64,000 nt of DNA, from NCBI GenBank assembly GCA_020184695.1, contig JAANOX010000254.1:114010-178009 (forward strand). The letters are read 5' to 3'. Under the pieces are notes generated by a model. That model was not told where the DNA came from, did no database searches, and saw nothing but the letters and a program-made list of their open reading frames with translations. Numbering within the stretch: the first letter of the stretch is position 1; every line of letters starts with the position of its first letter. Shown one piece after another: positions 56,961 to 64,000 of the stretch. The DNA is from Histomonas meleagridis 2922-C6/04-290x (taxonomy: Eukaryota; Protista; Parabasalia). The translations under genes and the position numbers were made by a program.

Positions 56961-57566
56961 TTCAACTGATGTTATAGTAAGTTTAATTGAGAAATATTTA
57001 AAGGTTTTTTAAAATTAAATTTTTTATTCTTTTTAAGATAGGAAATGAATGAAATATTTATTTTTTAGTCAGTTTATATATATATAATTTATCTACAAAT
57101 CATTTATCTTTTATAATAACATAAATCAAAAGTATACTTCTAATGATTATAGTTGAAAAATTTTTTCCTATTATTTATATATATCAAATATATATTTGAT
57201 CACATATGTGCAATGGTTTTCCTGTTCATTGAAAAATAAAGTACCTTATTAAACCTCACCATTTTGTTTTAAAAGCACCAAGAATTCACGTTTTTATTCT
57301 TCTCATTTTCATAAGTAAAATAGTTTTCACCTTTGTTTTTAATTAACATTTACATTTCCAGCACCAACAAAATCAAATTGAAAACCAATGTAATTTTGCG
57401 TCTACTAATACAAGTTCTTTTTCACCATTTATTCATCTTTTTAACAACAAAAATTTCAACACATTTGATGATCATCAATCTGCTAACATTTTGGTAAAAT
57501 CAAAAGAAATATGTTAACAAACATACCTTATTGATCTTATGCGATCAAAAAACATATTATTATTAA

Positions 57567-58867
57567 CACAAACAAAAAAAAAGAAATGTTGAAAGAATTG
57601 GAATTTCTGTATTTTATAATTGCATATCATTAGTAAATATTACAATTCCAAACAAGGTAACAGAAATTGGAAATTTTGCATTTTATAATTGCACATCATT
57701 AGTAAATATTACAATTCCAAACAAGGTAATAGCAATAGGGAATTATGTTTTTGCATTATGTACGAGTATAGAAACGATTTCTATTGGAGAAAATGTAAGT
57801 GCAATTGAAACCAATGCATTTAGTTCATGTACAAAACTTAAATTCATTAATGTTTCGAATGAAAATTTATATTTTGCCAATGATCAAAATGATGGAATTT
57901 TATATGATAAGCAAATCAAAAGAATCAATATTTATCCATCAGGAAATTTAAATATTAAATTTGAAGTTCCATTTTCAGTAAAAGAAATTGGAAGTTATTC
58001 ATTTGTTTCATGTATTAATTTAGAAACGATTTATATTGGCGAAAATGTTACTTCAATTGAAGCAAATGCATTTTCATCATGCGATAAACTCAGATGCATT
58101 TATTACTTTGGCGAAACAGATCCGACAAATTCATCAAATATATTTATAGATGTAGCAGCAAAAATTGTCATGACAACAAATTCATATAATGGATCAACAT
58201 TTGGCGGATTAAATGTGACTAAAGGAACAATAATAAATGAATGCGCCTTATTAACACATTTGCTAAGACAAATACATTTACTGAATCGAATACATTAATG
58301 AAATCAAATGCATTTACGAATTTATATGAAATTTCATTTGTTGTTTCGAATTCATTTACTTTTTCATATTCAAATGGTATAACATTAACGAATACAATAA
58401 CATTAACACAATCATTATCTATTACACAAACAATAAGTATTTATAAATCGACTTATTCGAATTCAATATCTGTTTCTATTTTTAATTCATCATTAACTTA
58501 TGTTTTGAGTGAATTTATTTATTACGAATATACTGTTATTGTGTATCCGACTTATTACATATATTATAGTAATTTCTTTACTATTATACACCAAAATGAA
58601 AATATTAATGATGATAATTAAAGCACAATAAAAATTATAAGTGTATGCGTTGCAGTTGTCGTAATTGTAATAATTGCAATACTTATCATAGTTTTATTGC
58701 GAATTCATAATCAGAAACAAATAAGTAATGAACAAGAAGCAAAAAGTTTCGAAGAAAATCAAAATGAAAAAGAAAATACATTTGTAATGGGAACATCAAC
58801 GAATAATATTGATGAAGATCCATTTGCTGATGATTTTAAAGAAGAAAAATTCATCAATCATATTTAA
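57567..58867 (+). pseudogene. BspA-like (TpLRR) surface protein pseudogene
   Basis: Translated by hand: repeats IG..AFYNCTSLVNITIPNKV, one frameshift near 58245, S/T-rich stalk, in-frame TAA at 58619-58621, TM segment IISVCVAVVVIVIIAILIIVLL, and tail DEDPFADDFKEE. No start codon. Confidence 0.85.
57611..57729 (+). repeat. 69-bp-period LRR duplication
   Basis: attttataattgca(t/c)atcattagtaaatattacaattccaaacaaggtaa at 57611 and 57680. Confidence 0.9.
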
Positions 58868-59523
58868 AATACAAACATTTGCTTATTAATTAAGTAAAAA
58901 TCGCTAAAACTTAAATTTATAATTTGAATAACATATTTCTCATGAGAGTTACCTGTTCAGCTGGTGTGCCTCAAATCCGTTGACACTTTTATATGCACGT
59001 AATTTTTTTGAATACTTTATTTACAAAAATCTCCATTTCAGTAAAAGATTTGGTCTTTAAGATTAAAATATTTAATATCAACAATTTGAATATTTGCGTA
59101 ATCATAAAATATGATTTACCAACAATTGTGGATATATTATATACAATTTTACGATCAGGTAAATTTTCTTTAATCAAATTATTAATAATATGTTTCTTTT
59201 GAATTTTCAAGAAGAAAATATGAAAATACATCAAGAAAATTGGATTAAATGCTCGCAATTTCCTTTATAAAACTTAAATATATATCAATATCACTCATAT
59301 TACAATTCAAAATGAATATAGCATTTGACTATTTTTCAAGTCAAAAAACATTTCATTTATATAAAGAAAGTTTTTAATTTCACTTCAAAATTCTAGTTAT
59401 AACTGCATACAAAGAATTTGTATAATTTTTTTTTATTTTAAGAAGACGTTTATTATGACAAACGGCTCACTTTTTTCATTTCACTTTTTGAACATATTCA
59501 CTAAATATCGAATAAAAAAATTT

Positions 59524-59595
59524 TGCTTCACCCAGGAGTCGAACCTGGATCAATAGCGTGTAAAGCTACTGTTCTAACCGTTAGACTAGTGAAGC
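59524..59595 (-). tRNA. tRNA-Val(TAC)
   Basis: Acceptor stem GCTTCAC/GTGAAGC, anticodon loop TT-TAC-AC, T-arm CCAGG-TTCGACT-CCTGG. Confidence 0.95.
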
Positions 59596-59730
59596 TATTC
59601 AATATCCATTATATATCAAGAAATATAATATTATACAAGATTAACCAATGATCTTGATATATTTTTAGACAATCATTAAAAACACAATATAAGGATATAT
59701 TAAAAAGATATGCATAGGAAAACAATATTT

Positions 59731-60432
59731 TTATACAAAATCTCTGTTGTTCATTACTTCATTTCGAATTATATCTAATGCTTGTTGATTTAATTCTTGA
59801 GCTTTCTGGTTGCATTTTTGCAACGAAACAGAATAAAATGAAAAGCAATGTGATAATCGATTTGTGACAAATCTAGAAAATCTTTTCTTTTGGTCTATTA
59901 GTTCTTGAAGCGATTTCTTCAATGAGTTCAAACATTGTATAGCATTCTGACGGCAATTTTCTTCATTTTGTGTCCCAAGATTTTTATTTAAGTTTGCTTT
60001 AGCAGATATGAATTTTGTATGCAATGTTTTGTAGTTTTCTTCTAAGCTATCTAAGACCATTTTTCTCTCGTATATATCTCGAATATCGTCTGCACACCTT
60101 TGAATCGAAACTGTTTGTTTATCCTCAACTTCGATGAAAGAATCAAATACGTTTGTTATATGTTCTGCAATACATGAAAATTCTGGTGCTATTGCCTGAA
60201 AAATGTCTAATAATTTTAATGAAAAATTATATAAACTTTCACCTTTTGCTTTGTATGCTTCAGATTGGCATGTAAGGTTTTCTGAAATTTTTCTAATTAC
60301 GGGATCAGCTTTGAAGAATGTGGATAAATTCGTGGAAAAAAAAAAGTAACGTACTCCAAAATGTCCACTTAAGTTTATTTTCAGAAAAACACAAAGAGAC
60401 ACCAGGTATAAAAAACAAAAAGTATCATTCAA
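59731..60432 (-). CDS. Helical coiled-coil protein (BAR/Vps5-like), start codon uncertain
   Basis: About 210 coding-like codons from SGHFGVRYFF onward, all helical. There is no in-frame ATG near the 5' end. Confidence 0.5.
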   Translation of the reverse strand: MNDTFCFLYLVSLCVFLKINLSGHFGVRYFFFSTNLSTFFKADPVIRKISENLTCQSEAYKAKGESLYNFSLKLLDIFQAIAPEFSCIAEHITNVFDSFIEVEDKQTVSIQRCADDIRDIYERKMVLDSLEENYKTLHTKFISAKANLNKNLGTQNEENCRQNAIQCLNSLKKSLQELIDQKKRFSRFVTNRLSHCFSFYSVSLQKCNQKAQELNQQALDIIRNEVMNNRDFV

Positions 60433-60765
60433 TGAGAATTCCCCCTCTAAGAGAAAAAAAAATTATAAAAAAATTAGACAATTCATTTCATTGAAAGATT
60501 AATTATAATTTTGCTTAAACCAACAAGTACACAAGATAATGGAATATCATTTCAATCAATGGAATATCTTAAAGTTTTATTTCCTAAGTTCCCAACTATC
60601 TTTAAAATAAAAGATGCAATAATTTGGAGAATCGCTTAATAACACGCGACTTTTTCTGAGGAAATTTGAATGCTTTATTCCCACTTTTGGGTACATCCAT
60701 GAGAAAAGAGAAAAATAACACGCCACTTTTTGTGTGATTTATCATGTTCCATCCAAATCAGTGCA

Positions 60766-62351
60766 ATGGAGACTCCTCCTGAGCTCATAGAAGCATTTAC
60801 TCGTCTTGACAATGCATTCTTTGAAGATGTACATGCTCTTGTTCAACGGGTGCGCGAGATTTCTGATCAATATAAGTGCCGATATATTCCTAGATCAACA
60901 GGTGAATCAAGAACAAAACAACTTTTCTGCTGTAGACAGTATCGAACAATCTATAACTGCAATGCATGCCTTAGGATTCTTTACAACCCCGAAACACAAT
61001 TAGCACAATTCGATTCTTGCGATTTAAACCACACGCATGAAATTTCTGCATCATACAACGGAAAAGAAAGAAATCAACTAAGCGAAACACAAAAAACAAA
61101 TATCAGAGATTCAACATTACAAGGATTATCGGCTTATAACATTCGCATCAAACAAGGATTGGTTTGTTCGAAAGATGTATTATACAATACAAGAAGAGAG
61201 ATCTTAAAAAACATTCGAGACCATAAAATGGATGAATTGCTTGATCAAATGAAAAATGGAAATAATTGGTCGAACAAAATAATAATAGATGAAAATAAGC
61301 GTTTTAATGGATGTTATGTATTTCACGAACCTATTATGTCTGAAAAATATGCTAATAATCTGTGCATTATTGACGATACAAGTTGTACAAATTACTATCA
61401 CCCTTTATCTGCGATCGAAACAAAACACAGGTCAACGCACTGAAATTTGTCTTTCCATTTTGCAAAATTATCTTTTGCAGTGTTCACATTATGCATGTAA
61501 TAATTATGTAAATGAACATCCAAAAACAAAAGGATCGCGTTTGTTACAAAACTTATTAGCGGATCAGGATAAGTGGCTACCAAGTATAATTTCAAAATAT
61601 ATACATTGCGATAATACAACATCAAATCGAGTTGAAGGTTTTTTTGGAAGTCTCAAGAATTTACTAGAACATAAAATTGTAACATTAGGAAATCTTGTAT
61701 ATGCAATTTATTTAATAGGTGAAAGACTTAGAATATTATCTAAAAGTGATAAACCAACAATTATCCCACAAGAATTAATGAGCAAAGAAGATTCGAAAAA
61801 CTCGGTACATTTGCTTCAGCAATGATATTCTCTGAATATGGACCTCAAACTAAATGGTGTATTGTCTATTCCATACTCTGAGACCTGATGCAAAAATCAT
61901 ACATTATACAATTTCCCTTGTAAACACCTTATTCTAACGAACATAAAAGAAGATAAGAACCCACTCTTAACAATCAATGACATACCTTGTAGATGGACAA
62001 CCACTAACGAAAATAAAACAGATAATCCCAATACCATTGAAGATATTTACGGCCACAAAGAAAACAATTGGAGTTACAGTAGTGCATTGATAAATTTGAA
62101 CGTTTTTCTCCCTCGCAGATCGATCTTCTGAAATTAGAAATATTCTAGACAAAGCCTTAAATGATTTATGCCTCCTTGAACATGAAACAGGAAGATGGAG
62201 ATATTCTTCCACCAGAACACATACAGATTTCTGGAGCGCCTTCAAAGATATCAAGAAACAATGTGGATAAAGCAGGCGCTCAAAAGTGAAGAAGAAATAT
62301 CGTTGCAGTATATGTGGAGGTGATACTCATACTGCACCTAGATGTCCATAA
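60766..62351 (+). mobile_element. Degenerate Mutator-like (MULE) transposase
   Basis: N-terminal C..C..H.H zinc motif; IIDDTS (D1); FICDR..Q..AL..VFP..IIFC..HI (D2 plus CxxH, in another frame); TTSNRVEGFFG (E); SWIM-like *CKNH..FPCKH; knuckle CSICGGDTHTAPRC. Contains frameshifts and deletions. Confidence 0.85.
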
Positions 62352-62641
62352 AATGTTTTAGCTACTTAATGAAAACTTAATATATTAAACTCATAATATC
62401 AGAAATGTGAATATACAGTTTAACAGTTCATGAGACATCATAAATCATATGTGAGGATAAGCATATTCGAGAATCCTTTGTAAACTGTTTGAATTCCAAA
62501 TTCTCCTTTTTACTTTTATGAATATCACTAAAACTAAAAATTTAATATATTCTCTGCAGCAATGAAAAAGCCAATGGCTATTATTCAATAACAAAAGTGA
62601 ATAAAAATTTGTTTAACAAACAATTTATTGAAATATAATAT

Positions 62642-63253
62642 TATATTCGAATGAAAGGATTCCGAAATGGAGATATGTTTGGGATCCTTTGTCTGTTTTC
62701 GCTTCTGTCTGGAAATGCTTTTCTTGGTTTTGAAAAATAATCAGATTTGATTGGCACTTGCCCACTCCTAAAGTTTCGCGGAAAGGGGCTCTCTATTTGG
62801 CGGCATTGGTCTTTCCTGGTATTGTGGAACCATATTGACATCAAGATTAATGAATTTGTTCTTAATTGTTGTTTCGAGATCGTAGCTTAAAATAGTAAAT
62901 TTTTGATACATCTTAGCAAATTCAGTAGCATCAATTTGCTCTTTGTATGAAAAACCATTGTTGAAACAAATTGAGAGAATGACATGAGTGATTGGTTCGA
63001 AACTATATCATCTTGCAGGAAGGACTCGCGTTCTCAGTAAATGAAACGTTCTGTATTTTAAATGAACTTTTGGTGTTTCAGCTTGAAATTCTATTTTTCA
63101 GTATGATTTTCTTCCTCATGCTTGGCTAATTTTTGTTGCAAAGTAGCTACCAAACACAGAGTAAAACGTTGGGTATCTTATAGAAATTTCATCATAATTT
63201 TCTTGAGTTTGTTTTTCTTGTTTTATTTTTAAATTTAGAATGATAAGGAACAT
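62642..63253 (-). pseudogene. Decayed ORF of unknown family
   Basis: 204 codons in one frame from ATG 63253, with only 5 stops (4 TGA, 1 TAG) and no frameshift. Confidence 0.55.
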
Positions 63254-63503
63254 ACTTCATCTGTTGCTGATTTCATCTGTGGCTAGCTTCATGCATCCAC
63301 AATTTCGAATTAAGGGCAGCCCAAAAAATGAAGTAAAGTATTCAATACACATAAAAAACCGTCTGAAAGTTTTGATTTCGAATTTTACAAATAAATAAAA
63401 AAATAGTATCAAATTTGTGCGTTTTAGTTTCTTTTAACTAGTATATGCCTCAAAAGGATAGTTCCGTTGATGTGAAACTTAATAAAGACAAGAATGAAAA
63501 GTT

Positions 63504-64000
63504 TCATGTCCAGCTAATGAAATCAGTGAAAAGAAAAGAACTTGGAGGGCGGAAGAACATAATGTAACCATGATGAAGTAGAAAAGGTAAATTGCAAATA
63601 TTACCTATCAATGTCAATGACCAAGTGAATGTTTGAATTTGAAGAAGGTTGGAAGTTGGCAATCGGTAAACACCCGTATAATGGTGGCGCGTGGAAGAAA
63701 ACAAAGTGGAATGAAAAAATGAATCCATCCATCAGCAATTTCTGAAAATAGGCTCATCAATAATAGAAACGATGGATGTAGCACCTGCGCCTACACAAAC
63801 ATATACAAACATTTTTGTCGCTATCGATTGAAGACCTACACGATGACTCATAATTTAGATATCTGAAATTTTATAAATTCCAATACCCATAAAAATGCAT
63901 GCAATTACGACAGAAATTCCATATATGATATTTTGAGGTGTATAAACAATAATCGATGAAGGAAGAGGTGGATATTCAAAATTATACGTTGCTATAACAA
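63504..64000 (-). pseudogene. Decayed multi-pass membrane protein fragment, runs off the window's right edge
   Basis: One frame from 63998: ...IIYGISVVIACIFMGIGIY..*..MFVYVCVGAGATSIVSIIDEPIFRNC*WMDSFF, with two internal stops. Confidence 0.45.

Noticed and set aside
60349-60354. GTACGT (trichomonad 5' splice-site-like) on the minus strand
   Set aside because: No ACTAAC..CAG 3' motif downstream and no usable upstream ATG exon.
60430-62640. Terminal inverted repeats or TSDs around the MULE
   Set aside because: None could be found by eye.
36084-63253. UGA reassignment or selenocysteine, suggested by several in-frame TGAs
   Set aside because: Intact genes end at TGA (e.g. BEACH1 at 14249-14251). 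Long ORFs contain no TGA and use TGG for conserved Trp. No SECIS was recognised.
1-64000. CRISPR arrays, rRNA, prokaryotic operons or defence systems
   Set aside because: No regularly spaced repeats or rRNA. Gene content and promoter motifs are eukaryotic, and the tandem repeats seen are all intragenic.

Overview
AT-rich, gene-dense and apparently intron-poor eukaryotic DNA. TCA(C/T)T initiator motifs just upstream of ATGs, stop codons overlapping TAAA, and the gene families present (BspA LRR, DUF3447/ankyrin, large BEACH proteins, divergent DnaK, Myb) point to a parabasalid/trichomonad. A Histomonas- or Tritrichomonas-like organism is an inference. Housekeeping content: Vps11-like (partial), Myb, exportin-7-like, two BEACH-WD40 proteins, proteasome beta6, BAR-like, TRIM37-like, SCAR/WAVE, HIRA, a PPP phosphatase, NSUN2/Trm4, HUS1, NOT1 (broken by clustered frameshifts), a TBC RabGAP and three tRNAs (Leu-CAG, Gly-GCC, Val-TAC). 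Two genes look prokaryote-derived: xylulokinase and a stand-alone DUF4392 protein. Main oddities: a head-to-head pair of an intact Hsp70 and a degenerate pseudo-ATPase Hsp70; a 372-codon frame with one internal TGA; GC-rich 3' ends on otherwise very AT-rich genes; a 100-nt hairpin; Myb-site-like motifs upstream of the Myb gene; a heavily deleted methionine gamma-lyase-like relic; and a pseudogene/MULE-rich zone at 56-64 kb. All calls are from manual motif recognition. No database searches were run.
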